Positions 48,525-61,608 of a stretch of DNA of 64,000 bases are shown in pieces. The first letter of the stretch is position 1, and the number at the start of each line of letters is the position of its first letter. The translations under genes were made by a program, and so were the position numbers. This stretch comes from Malacoraja senta. Lineage: Eukaryota. The DNA lies in contig CM075995.1 in the NCBI GenBank assembly GCA_038087875.1, positions 5,892,001 to 5,956,000 of the forward strand. Direction: 5' to 3'. The notes under the pieces are model-generated. The model ran no database searches. It was not told where the DNA came from and saw only the letters and a list, made by a program, of their open reading frames with translations.

Positions 48525-51500
48525 GCGACATGCCCAGACATGGCGACTTACCCGGATATGGCGACACGCCCGGATATGGCGACACGCCCGGATATGGCGA
48601 CACGCCCGGATTTGGGGACATGCCCGGATATGGCGGCACGCCCGGATATGACGTCTTTCACGGATATGGCGACATACCTGGATATAGCGACACGCCCGGT
48701 ATGGTGACACGCCCGGATATGGTGACACGCCCGGATATGGCGACACGCCCGGATATGGCGACATTCTCGGATATGGCGACACCCCCGGATATGACGACTT
48801 ACCCGGGTATGGCAACATTCCCGGATATGGCGACATTCCCGGATATGGCGACATTCCCGGATATTGCGACACCCGGATATTGCGAACTACCCGGGTATGG
48901 CGACATTCCCAGATATGGCGACATTGTCGGATATGGCGACATTCCCGGATGTGGCGACATTCCCGGATATGGCGACATTCCTGGATACGGCGACTTGCCC
49001 AGTTATGGCGACATTCCCGGTTATGGCGACATGCCCGGATATGGCGACATGACCGGATATGCTGACATTCCCGGATATGGCGACATGCCCGAATACGGCG
49101 ACATTCCCGGATATGGCAACATTCCCGGATATGGCAACATTCCCGGATGTGGCGACATACCCAGATATGGCAACATTCCCGGATATGGCGACATTCCCGG
49201 ATATGGCGACATTCCCGGATATGGCGACATTCCCGGATATGGCGACATTACCGGATATGGCGACATTCCCGGATATGGCGACATATCCAGATATGACGAC
49301 TTGCCCGGATATGGCGACACGCCCGGATATGGCGACATGCCCTGATATGGCGACACGCCCGCATATGGCGACATTCCCGGATATGGCGACATTCCCGGAT
49401 ATGGCGACATTCCCGGATATGGCGACGTCCGGATATTGCGAACTACCCGGGTATGGCGACATTTCCGGATATGGCGACATTTCCGGATCTGACGACATTC
49501 CCGGATATGGCGACATACACGGCTATGGCCACATTCCCGGATATGGCGACATTCCCGGATATGGTGACATCCCCAGATATGTCGACATTCCCGGATATGG
49601 CGACATTCCTGGTTATGGCGACATTCACGGATATGGCGACTTGCCTGGATATGGCAAAATTCCCGAATATAGCAACATTCCCAGATTTGGCGACATTCCC
49701 GGATATGGCGACTTACCCGGATATGGCGACATTCCTAGATATGGTAACATTCCCGGATATGGCGGCGTACCTGGATATGGCGACATTCCCGGATATGGTG
49801 ACTTACCCGGATATGGCCACATTCCCAGATATGGCGACATTCCCGGATATGGCGACATGCCCGGATATGGCGACATTCCCGGATATCGCGACATTCCCGG
49901 ATATGGCGACTTACCCGGATATGGCGACTTACCCGGATATGGCGACTTACCCGGATATGGCGACCGGCCCGGATATGGCGACATGCCCAGATATGGCGAC
50001 TTACCCGGATATGGCGACACGCCCGGATATGGCGACACGCCCGGATATGGCGACACGCCCGGATATGACGACTTTCCCGGATATGGCGACATACCCGGAT
50101 ATAGCGACACGCCCGGTATGGTGACACGCCCGGATATGGCCACATTCCCAGATATGGCGACATTCACGGATATGGCGACACGCCCGGATATGGCGACATT
50201 CCCGGATATCGCGACATTCCCGGATATGGCGACATTTCCGGATCTGACGACATTCCCGGTATATGGCGACATACACGGCTATGGCTACATTCCTGGATAT
50301 GGCCACATTCCCGGATATGGCGACATTCCCGGATATGGTGACATTCCCGGATATGTCGACATTCCCGGATATGGCGACATTCCTGGTTTTGGCGACATTC
50401 ACGGATATGGTGACTTGCCTGGATATGGCAAAATTCCCGAATATAGCAACATTCCCAGATTTGGCGACATTCCCGGATATGGCGACTTACCCGGATATGG
50501 CGACATTCCTAGATATGGTAACATTCCCGGATATGGCGACGTACCTGGATATGGCGACATTCCCGGATATGGTGACTTACCCGGATATGGCCATATTCCC
50601 AGATATGGTGACATTCCCGGATATGGCGAGACGCCCGGATATGGCGACATTCCCGGATATCGCGACTTACCCGGATATGGCGACTTACCCGGATATGGCG
50701 ACTTACCCGGATATGGCGACCGGCCCGGATATGGCGACATGCCCAGATATGGCGACTTACCCGGATATGGCGACTTACCCGGATATGGCGACTTACCCGG
50801 ATATGGCGACCGGCCCGGATATGGCGACATGCCCAGATATGGCGACTTACCCGGATATGGCGACAGGCCCGGATATGGCGACACGCCCGGATATGGCGAC
50901 ACGCCCGGATATGACGACTTTCCCGGATATGGCGACATACCCGGATATAGCGACACGCCCGGTATGGTGACACGCCCGGATATGGGCACATTCCCAGATA
51001 TGGCGACATTCCCGGATATGGCGACACGCCCGGATATGGCGACATTCCCGGATATCGCGACATTCCCGGATATGGCGACTTACCCGGATATGGCGACTTA
51101 CCCGGATATGGCGACTTACCCGGATATGGCGACCGGCCCGGATATGGCGACATGCCCAGATATGGCGACTTACCCGGATATGGCGACAGGCCCGGATATG
51201 GCGACACGCCCGGATATGGCGACACGCCCGGATATGACTTTCACGGATATGGCGACATACCCGGATATAGCGACACGTCCGGTATGGTGACACGCCTGCA
51301 TATGGTGACACGCCCGGATATGGCGCCACGCCCGGATATGACGACTTTCCCGGATATGGCGACATACCCGGATATAGCGACACGCCCGGTATGGTGACAC
51401 GCCCGGATATGGTGACACACCCGGATATGGCGACACGCCCGGATATGGCGACATTCTCGGATATGGCAACACCCCCGGATATGGCGACTTACCCGGGTAT

Positions 51501-53264
51501 GGCGACATTCCTGGATATGGCGACATTACCGGATATGGCGACGCCCGGATATTGCGAACTACCCGGGTATGGCGACATTCCTGGATATGGCGACATTTCC
51601 GAATCTGGCGACATTCCCGGATATGGCGACATTCCCGGATATCGCGACATTCCCGGATATGGCGACATTTCCGGATCTGACGACATTCCCGGTATATGGC
51701 GACATACACGGCTATGGCGACATTCCCAGATATGGTGACATTCCCGGATATGGCGACATTCCTGGTTATGGCGACATTCACGGATATGGCGACTTGCCTG
51801 GATATGGCAAAATTCCCGAATATAGCAACATTCCCAGATTTGGCGACATTCCCGGATATGGCGACTTACCCGGATATGGCGACATTCCTAGATATGGTAA
51901 CATTCCCGGATATGGCGACGTACCTGGATATGGCAACATTCCCGGATATGGTGACTTACCCGGATATGGCCACATTCCCAGATACGGCGACATTCCCAGA
52001 TATGGCGACATTCCCGGATATGGCGAGACGCCCGGATATGGCGACATTCCCGGATATGGCGACATTCCCGGATATGGCGACTTACCCGGATATGGCGACT
52101 TACCCGGATATGGCGACTTACCCGGATATGGCGACACGCCCGGATATGGCGACACGCCCGGATATGACGACTTTCCCGGATATGGCGACATTCCCGGATA
52201 TAGCGACACGCCCGGTATGGTGACACGCCCGGATATGGCCACATTCCCAGATATGGCGACATTCCCGGATATGGCGACACGCCCGGATATGGCGACATTC
52301 CCGGATATGGCGACATTCCCGGATATGGCGACTTACCCGGATATGGCGACTTACCCGGATATGGCGACTTACCCGGATATGGCGACCGGCCCGGATATGG
52401 CGACATGCCCAGATATGGCGACTTACCCGGATATGTCGACAGGCCCGGATATGGCGACACGCTCGGATATGGCGACACGCCCGGATATGACGACTTTCAC
52501 GGATATGGCGACATGCCCGGATATAGCGACACGCCCGGTATGGTGACACGCCTGGATATGGTGACACGCCCGGATATGGCGCCACGCCCGGATATGACGA
52601 CTTTCCCGGATATGGCGACATACCCGGATATAGCGACACGCCCGGTATGGTGACACGCCCGGTATGGTGCCACGCCCGGATATGGTGACACACCCGGATA
52701 TGGCGACACGCCCGGATATGGCGACATTCTCGGATATGGCAACACCCCCGGATATGGCGACTTACCCGGGTATGGCGACATTCCTGGATATGGCGACATT
52801 ACTGGATATGGCGACGCCCGGATATTGCGAACTACCCGGGTATGGCGACATTCCTGGATATGGCGACATTTCCGGATCTGGCGACATTCCCGGATATGGC
52901 GACATTCCCGGATATGGAGACACTCCCTGATATGGTGACACGCCCGGATATTCAGACATGCCCGGATATGGCGACACGCCCGGATATGGCGACATTCCCG
53001 GATATGGCGACTTACCCGGATATGGCCACATTCCCAGATATGGCGACATTCCCGGATATGGCGACTTACCCAGATATGGCGACATCCCCGGATATGGCGA
53101 CATGCTCGGATATGGTGACATGCCCGGATATGGCGACACTCCCGGATATGGCGACACGCCCGGATCTAGCGACACGCCCAGATAGGGCGACACACCCGGA
53201 TATGGCGACACGCCCAGATATGGCGACATTCCCGGATATGGCGACACGCCCGGATATGGCGACA
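48525..53264. repeat. 18-bp tandem satellite, right arm (~260 units)
   Basis: Same unit and same diagnostic variants as the left arm. Confidence 0.98.
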
Positions 53265-54171
53265 ATTCATGTCGCCATTCCTTCACTCTTTGAACAGACT
53301 TTCTTATTTACAGTACAATTAACTGCATGTTGTAAGCCTGGACTTATTCCCCTCTCTGCCTCCAACTAATTGGCTGATAATTCTGTCAATACTCTTGTTT
53401 CTTTCAGCCACATGAACATGCGTTACTGTTCCACATCAGTAGGTGTCCTACATGCACCTTCCCATCATATTGCTGCATCTAGCCCCATATCAAGATGCAG
53501 TCCTTGTGGTAAACCTGTATTAACAAGCCTGAATTACACATTCTGACGTTGTGTCATTTGCCTTCGTACGCTTAATACAAACAGATAGAATTGGCAGTTT
53601 ATTTTATGAATGTGTGACTCAATTGAATAAAGGCAAATTACAATTAAACTGTTTCTGCTACATTGTGAGTGCAAGGTTCCTCATTTTACCAATGCACTCT
53701 GCTACCAATAATAATGCTGTTATGCAGAACTGCAGATGGCCAGTTATTTACCACGGTTGTTGAGCTTAAATTTTGAAAGCTATTGCAAACAATGTATAGC
53801 AGACAATACATCTAGTTTTTATCTTGTAGATCATATGCTCTATAAAACTCGGTTTCTCTGTCAGCTTTATTGGCGGTGTGCGTGATCTATTTACATGTTT
53901 TTTTCTTGCAAATTTCTAACAATTCTTAGTTTAAATAATGGGAACAGAATGTAGAACAGTACACCACAGGAACAGGCCCTTTGGCTCACTGTCAGTGTTG
54001 ACGATGCCAAGTTAAACTAATCTACTCTGCCTGCATGTGAACCATACCCCAACATATGCTGCACATACACTACCATATCTGACTCCACCACTATCCCTGA
54101 CATGGCATTCAAGGCACCCACCTCTCTGTGTAAAAACACTTGCCCGCACATCTATGTATATTCTTTTAAAA

Positions 54172-54244
54172 GTGTGTGTGTGTGTGTGTGTGTGCCCGCG
54201 CGCGCGCGCGCGTGCGTGCGTGCGTGCGTGTGCTTGCGTGTGTG
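54172..54244. repeat. (TG)n/(CG)n/(TGCG)n microsatellite in the Helitron head
   Basis: Directly visible alternating purine-pyrimidine tract. Confidence 0.9.
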
Positions 54245-56425
54245 AAAAGCTTATCCACGTCAACTCTGTCTATCCCTCTCATTAACCTTCTGCGCTCCAA
54301 AGAATAAAGCCCTAACTTGTTCAACCCTTCTCTGTAACTTAGTTGCTGAAACCCAGGCAACATTCTAGTAAATCCCCTCTGTACTCTCTCTATTTTGTTG
54401 ACATCCTTCCTATAATTAGGCGACCAAAATTGTACACAATACTCCAGAATTGGCCTCACCAATGCCTTGTACAATTTTAACATTACATCCCAACTTCTAT
54501 ACTCAATGCTCTGATTTATAAAAGCCAGCACACCAAAAGCTTTCTTTACCACCCTATCTACATGAGATTCCACTTTCAGGGAACTGTGCACAGTTATTCC
54601 AAGATCCCTCTGTTCACCTGCATTCTTCAATTCCCTACCATTTACCATGTACGTCCTATTTTGATTTGTCCTGCCAAGATGTAGCACCTCACACTTATCA
54701 GCATTAAACTCCATCTGCCATCTTTCAGCCCACTCTTCCAACCGGCATAAATCTCTCTGTAGACTTTGAAAATCTACTTCATTATCCACAGCCCCTCCTA
54801 TCTTAGTATCATCTGCATACTTACTAATCCAATTTACCACACCATCATCCAGATCATTGATGTACATGACAAACAACAGTGGACCCAACACAGATCCCTG
54901 TGGCACCCCACTAGTCACTGGCCTCCAACCTGACAAACAACCATCCACCATTACTCTCTGGCATCTCCCATTCAGCCACTGTTGAATCCATCTTGCTACT
55001 CCACCATTAATACCCAACCATTGAACCTTCTTAACCAACCTTCCGTGAGGAACCTTGTCAAATGCCTTACTGAAGTCCATATATACAACATCCATGGCTT
55101 TACCCTCATCAATTTCCCGACTAACCTCTTCAAAAAATTCCAGAAGATTAGTCAAACATGACCTTCCAGGCACAAATCCATGTTGACTGTTCCTAATCAG
55201 CCCCTGTTTATCCAGATGCTTATATATATTATCTCTAAGTATCCTTTCCATTAATGTGCCCACCACTGACGTCAAACTAACAGGTCTATAATTGCTAGGT
55301 TTATTCTTAGACCTCTTTTTAAACAATGGAACAACATGCGCAGTACGCCAATCCTCCGGCACTATTGCCGTTTCCAATGACATTTGAAATATTTCTGTCA
55401 TAGCCCCTGCTATTTCTACACTAACTTCCCTCAATGTCCTAGGGAATATCCTGTCCGGACCTGGAGACTTATCCACTTTTATATTTCTCAAAAGTGTCAG
55501 TACTTCCTCTTCTTTGAATCTCATAGTTTCCATAGCTACTGTACTTGTTTCCCTTACCTCACATAATTCAATATCCTTCTCCTTGGTGAATACCGAAGAA
55601 AAGAAATTGTTCAATATCTCCCCCATCTCTTTTTGGCTCTGCAGATAGCTGTCCACTCTCACTCTCTAATGGACCAATTTTATCCCTCGTTATCCTTTTG
55701 CTATTAATATAGCTGTAGAAACCCTTTGAATTTACTTTCACCTTACTTGCCAAAGCAACCTCATATCTTCTTTTAGCTTTTCTAATTTCTTTCTTAAGAC
55801 ACTTTTTACATTTTTTATACTCCTCAAGCACCTCATTTACTCCATGCTGCCTATAATGATTGTAGATCTCTCTCTTTTTCCGAACTAAGTGTCCAATTTC
55901 CCTTGAAAACCATGGCTCTTTCCAATTTTTACTATTTCCTTTCAACCGAACAGGGACATAAAGATTCTGTACTCTTAAAATTTCACCTTTAAATGTCCTC
56001 CATTTCTCTTCCACATCTTTCCCATAAAACAAACTGTCCCAATTTACTCATTTTAAATCCTTTCGCATCTCCTCAAAGTTAGCCTTTCTCCAATCAAAAA
56101 TCTCAACCCTAGGTCCAGTTCTGAACCTCTCCATAATGATATTGAAACTAATGGTATTGTGATCACTGGTCCCGAACTGTTCCCCAACGCATACCTCTGC
56201 CACCTGACCCGTCTCATTTCCTAACAGGAGGTCCAGCACCGCCCCTTCTCTAGTAGGTACTTCTATGTATTGCTGCAAAAAACTATCCTGCACACATTTT
56301 ACAAACTCCAACCCATCCAGCCCATTTACAGAATGTGTTTCCCAGTCTATGTGTGGAAAATTGAAATCTCCCACAATCACTACCTTGTGCTTACTACTAA
56401 TATCTGCAATCTCCTTACAGATATT
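54245..56425 (-). pseudogene. CR1 ORF2 fragment (end of APE through RT) inside the Helitron; no 3' UTR or tail
   Basis: ORFs 56048-56518, 55568-56032 and 54166-55662 ([14 protein letters not shown]). Confidence 0.9.
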
Positions 56426-56892
56426 ACTCATGTTACCCCTAAACTTCTGTCCCTTAATTCTCAAATCATGTCCTCTTGTTTGAATCTTCCCTACTCTCAA
56501 TGGAAAAAGCTTATCCACGTCAACTCTGTCAATCTCATCATTTTAAAGACCTCTATCCAAGTCCCCCCTTAACCTTCTGCGCTCCAAACAATAAAGATCT
56601 AACTTGTTCAACCTTTCTCTGTAACTTAGTTGCTGAAACCCAGGCAACATTCTAGTAAATCTCCTCTGTACTCTCTCTATTTTGTTGACATCCTTCCTAT
56701 AATTAGGCGACCAAAATTGTACTCCATACTCCAGAATTGGCCTCACCAATGCCTTGTACAATTTTAACATTACATCCCAACTTCTATATTCAATGCTCTG
56801 ATTTATAAAGGCCAGCACACCAAAAGCTTTCTTTACCACCCTATCTACATGAGATTCCACCTTCAGGAAACTATGCACAGTTATTCCTAGAT
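56426..56892 (-). pseudogene. Second, overlapping CR1 ORF2 C-terminal fragment inside the Helitron
   Basis: Repeats 54245-54605 (LGITVHS...ERRRLRGD) with point differences. No tail. Confidence 0.88.
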
Positions 56893-59397
56893 GGTTAGTG
56901 TGTGTGTGACGCGGCAGGCTGCTCCCCTGAATTCCATAGAGCTGCCGACAGCTTTTGTGCATGAGACGCGCACGCTTCATTTCCAGAACATTCTGAACGC
57001 GTGACGCACGGTTGCATTTCGCTCTCTGTCTCTCCCTCTCTCTCTGCCCCATCTTTCTCTCCCCCCTCTCCCTCTCCCCTCTCTTTCTCCCCCCTCTCCC
57101 CCACCCCCTGCCCTCCCCACCATCCCTCCCCTAAACCCCCTTCCCCCCCAACCCATCCCCTCCCCACCCTCCCTTCCTCCCCTCTCCCCCTTCCCTTCCC
57201 CCCCCTCTCACACCCCCTCCCTCTCTCTCTCCTCCCATCTCTCACACCCCTCCTCCCCCACCCTCCCCCCCTCACCCACCCTCCCTCACCTCCTCCCTCC
57301 ACCCCCTCTGTCTCTTGCCCTTCTGTCTCTGCCCCTTTCTCTCTGTCTCTCCCCATTCTCTCTCTGCCCTCATTCTCTACCCCCCCCCCTCTCCCTCTCT
57401 AGACGCGTCTGCGAGTTGGGGGCTATGCGTCAGTGGATAGGGCGGTTATGGGGTAAAAGGAGCAAATTAATAATATTAATATATCAAGGGGGGTAGTTAG
57501 CGCATGTGCGGGGGTAGTTAGTGTGTGTGACGCCGCATGCCGCCCCCCAGCCACCCCTCTCCCGCAACCACACGTTGGGGGAACAGACCCAACGGGTCTG
57601 CACTTGGTCTCGTATTCTTTTAAAACTCTGTGTGTGTGTGTGGGTGTACGGCATTTTGCTTTTGAAACGTATCTCCTCGAAAACCAGACGCAAAAACGCG
57701 GAGATTTTTACAATTTCGGTAGGGATTTAACATGTTCGGAAATCCACTCCTTGGTCAATTATTTCCCCAGATTTTGAATAAAATTGTTCACAAAACTCAA
57801 TTTTTAAAATATAAACACCGCTCACAGCTGCCGACATCACAATGCCCACATGCCCACCAATCCAGGCCCACCTGCGTCCTGGCCCCGCCCCCCGGCGCTA
57901 TGGATTAAAGGCGCAGAAATATCAAGAAAGTTCTGCAGAACAAAGATTCTACAGCTGCGTTCCACTACAGCTTCTTTGTTCTACAGATCTCGGGGCAGCG
58001 ACTCCTCACGCTCTGAACTTCTCCTCATAAGTTCCGCTGAACTTTCTCCTCACAGCCGGCGCAGCTCGCGAAGCCCCGCCCGCCTGCGAGCCCCTCCTAT
58101 CCCCTGCGCGCTCATTCCAGCTGTGGGTTTCCAGAGAGTCAGAAGCTGGTGCTTCTTTGCTGTGAACGCTCGCTCCTGGGCGAACGCGTCTTGCCTTAGC
58201 GGCTTTAAAGGGCTGTTGTCAGCTAGCAGTTATCAACGGCTGCGGGCGTCGCGAGGCCGAGTTACGTCAACACCCCCCCCCCTCGACGCGCGCTGGCATT
58301 TGGCTCTCTGACTCCTCCCTGTTCTGTGTTCCTTTCTGGGAACGAGCAAGTTCTGCAGATCCGGAGGACAGGCGAGATCCTGGGGCGGTGAAGAGGGGTA
58401 GTGGGGGGATTGAGGGAGAGGAGGGAGAGGGGGGAATGGGGGAGGTGAGGACGGAGAGTGTGGGAATAGAGGGAGAGGAGTGGGGGTGATAGGGAATGGG
58501 GAATAGATGGACTGCCCCCACCCCTCTCCCTCCCCCTCTCCGCCTCCCTCCCCACTCATCCCCCTCTCTACCCTAACCCTCTCCCCCTCCCTCCCCACAC
58601 TCCCCCCTCTCTCCCCTACCCCATCTCCCTCTCCCCCCTACCCCTCTCGCCCTCCCTCCCCACTCTCCCCCTCTCTCCCTCCCCACTCTTCCCCTCCCTC
58701 CACACTTCCCCCTCTCTCCCTACCCCACCCCCTCCTGCCCTCCCTCCGCCCCTCCACCCTCCCCTACCCCTTCCCTCCATCCCACCCTCCCTCCCCCCCC
58801 CACCTCTCCCCTCCCTTCCTCACCCCCTTCCCTTCCCCCTCTCAGCCCCCCTCTCTCCCCCCTCTCTCCTCCCATCTCTCTCACCCCTCCTCCCCCACCC
58901 TCCACCCCCTCTCCCTCTGTCTCTTGCCCTTCTGTCTCTGCCCCTTTCTCTCTGTCTCTCCCCCATTCTCTCTCTGTTCTCACTCTCTACCCCCTCCCTC
59001 TCTAGACGTGCCTGCGAGTTGGGGGCTATGCGTCAGTGGATAGGGCGGTTATGGGGTAAAAGGAGCAAATGAATAATATTAATATAATATCAAGGGAGGG
59101 TAGTTAGCGTGGGTGCGGGGGGTAGTTAGTGTGTGTGACGCCACATGCCGCCCCCACCCGCAACCACACGTTGGGGGAACAGACCCAACGGGTCTGCACT
59201 TGGTCTAGTCTCCATTAAACTTTGCCACTCTCACATTAAAGTTATAGGTAGACAAAAATGCTGGAGAAACTCAGCGGATGAGGCAGCATCTATGGAATGA
59301 AGGAATGGGTGACGTTTCGGGTGAGAGAGGAGGAGAATTTCTTCAAGGTAGGCATACCTTGAGGAATTTTGCAGTGGTTGCAGTGGAGTAGATGAAA

Positions 59398-59545
59398 TGT
59401 TTAAGAAAGAACTGCAGATGCTGGAAAAATCGAAGGTAGACTAAAATGCTGGATTCGCTCCATAGATGCTGCCTCACCCGCTGAGTTCCTCCAGCATTTT
59501 TGTCTACCTTCGATTTTTCCAGCATCTGCAGTTCTTTCTTAAATA
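59398..59545. mobile_element. Penelope-like terminal repeat in inverted configuration
   Basis: Arms of ~55 bp, TTTAAGAAAGAACTGCAGATGCTGGAAAAATCGAAGG..., arranged as an inverted repeat. Related dispersed fragments lie at ~18225, 20980, 29376, 44427, 59245, 61090, 62745 and 63095. Confidence 0.55.
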
Positions 59546-60390
59546 CCTTAAAGTTATGCTCTCTCGGCTTTGATATTTCCATCCTGAAACAAGATTCTGA
59601 TTGTTTACCCTATCTTTGCCTCTCATAATTTTATAAACCTCTATCAGGTCTTCCATCAGCCTCTGATTCTCCAGAAAAAACCCCAATCCAAGTTTGTTCA
59701 ACTTTCCCTTCTAAATATTGCCACCTAATCTAGGCAGCATTCTGACAAACCTCCTCTGCACCCTCTCAAAAGCCTCCACATCCTTCCTATAATAGGGACC
59801 AGAAACGCACACACTTCAAATGCAGCCTTACCAAAGTCTTATAAAGCTGCAACATGACTTCCTGACTCTTATATTCAATGCCATAACCATTGAAGGCAAG
59901 CATACCATACCCCTTCTTTACGACTATCTACTTGTGTTGCACTTTCTTGGAGGTAAGGACATGTATTTGAAGATCCTCTGTACAATGCTTTTTGGACTCT
60001 TGCCATTAACTGCATACTTTCACTTTTCATTCAACCGCCCAAAGTGCAACACCTCCATCTGCTATTTCTCCACCCATAGTTGATCTATATCCTGCTAAAA
60101 TACTTTGCTCACTGTCCGTAACTCCACCAATATCACAAACAACAGAGGTCCCAGCTTTGACCCCTGCGGAACTTCACCGGTCACAGGAATCTAGCCAGAA
60201 TTATACCCTTCCACCACAGTCTTCAATGATTAAGTCAGTTCTGAATCCAAATGACCAAGTCACCATGAATCCCATCCATCTTAATCTTCTGGATCAGCCT
60301 ATCACAAAGGACCTCATAAAATGCCTTACTAAAATCCATGTGGACAACATCCACTGCCCTGCCCTTATCGATCACCATCATTACATCCTC
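59546..60390 (-). mobile_element. Old, degenerate CR1 ORF2 fragments
   Basis: MNKLGLGFFLENQRLMEDLIEVYKIMRG, plus a decayed DFSKAF-like segment at ~60320. Confidence 0.65.
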
Positions 60391-61608
60391 AAATCACTAA
60401 CTCTCCAGAAAATGACTTATCATTGCAATGGCATTTGGAATATTCAGTTCCCTATTCAGATGGAAGAATCATTTTCAGATTGGGTACTGAAGCTGGAAAG
60501 CGTGAAAGAAAAAACACAATCTCTTCAGGATAGTCTATCGCATATCATCTAGTCATATAGATTCCCAATAGTAACTTGGATATTTACCTTGCTCAAATCT
60601 GAAGATCTAAATCCCCTTATTGAGCTGTCTTGAGAACGCTGTGCAAGATGACTTAACCTGGTGCGAGTCATATAGTTATACAGCGTGGAAAAAGCCCTTT
60701 CAGCCTGATTTGCCCATGTCTCCCGATATTCTGGAGATCATAGTCTTTTTGATACACATGAATTCATCAACAACCATGAGTTTTGTGACACATCAACAAA
60801 AAGAACTAGATTCGGTTTCCATTTGTAAAATCTTAGAAGGCAGCACTTCATTTCAAACATGGAATAGTGCAACACTGGACGGCACCTGTGGCCCACAATG
60901 TTACTGTGATATTTTCCCCAAATGGCATTGTGAGGGGCTAATGCATATTGATGTTCCATTTCCAGAGCCTGCACTCTGTAGGTAAGTCGATCATTATACA
61001 TTGGCCCGGGCACTAAAGATTCTCAAGCAGATGAATCTTCAAAGTGGAATTCCAATCCATTTTCACTTGAATCACTTTACATTTGGTGTCTGAAAATAAA
61101 ACAAAAAATGCTGGAAACACTCAGCATTTGTAGCAAAGAAACAGTTAGTGTTTTAGGTTGAAGACCCTTCAGCAGAAAATTAAAGTTGTCCACATTTTTA
61201 CAAACAAATGATTGCCTATCAATTTAAATTATTTTGTTAATAACAGGAGGGGCTGAGCTATAGGAAGAGGTTGGACAAGCTAGGACTATATTCGTGGGGT
61301 GCAGAAGGACGGTGGGGGTGATCTTATAGAGGTGTATAAGATCATGCAGGAAATAAATAGGGATGATTGTACAGAGTCATTTACCAAGGGTAGGGGAATC
61401 AAGAACCACAGGAAATAATAAAAGCACCAGAGGATATGGAAAGAGTTGCCAGAGGATCACAATTATGAGACACTTGGACAGGTACATGGATACGAAAGGT
61501 TTAGAGGGCTAAATGCATGCAGGTGGGACTAGAGTAGATGGGGCATCTTTGTTGACATTGGCAAGTTTGGCCGAAAGAATTGTTTCCATGCTGTATGACT
61601 ATGACACT

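Larger units (their letters stand above)
54151..59208 (+). mobile_element. Composite non-autonomous Helitron
   Basis: 5' A|TC terminus. 3' hairpin CAGACCC-AAC-GGGTCTG (59180-59196) followed by CTAG|T. No TSD. The flanks rejoin into a CR1 3' UTR. Confidence 0.82.

Noticed and set aside
40334..53264. CRISPR-like array
   Set aside because: No unique spacers, no cas genes, and the context is a vertebrate repeat landscape.
40331..53369. Many long ORFs (up to 743 aa) suggesting a repetitive structural protein gene
   Set aside because: They arise on both strands and in all frames from a stop-free 18-mer. Frames switch often, and there is no signal peptide, splice context or unique domain.
56895..59043. 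Pro-rich and Gly-rich ORFs
   Set aside because: They are translations of low-complexity C/T and G/A tracts inside the Helitron.
60390..61000. Possible host exon(s) ending at AG|GTAAGT (~60982)
   Set aside because: No recognisable protein motif in any frame and no clear acceptor site. It would need BLASTX or RNA-seq support.
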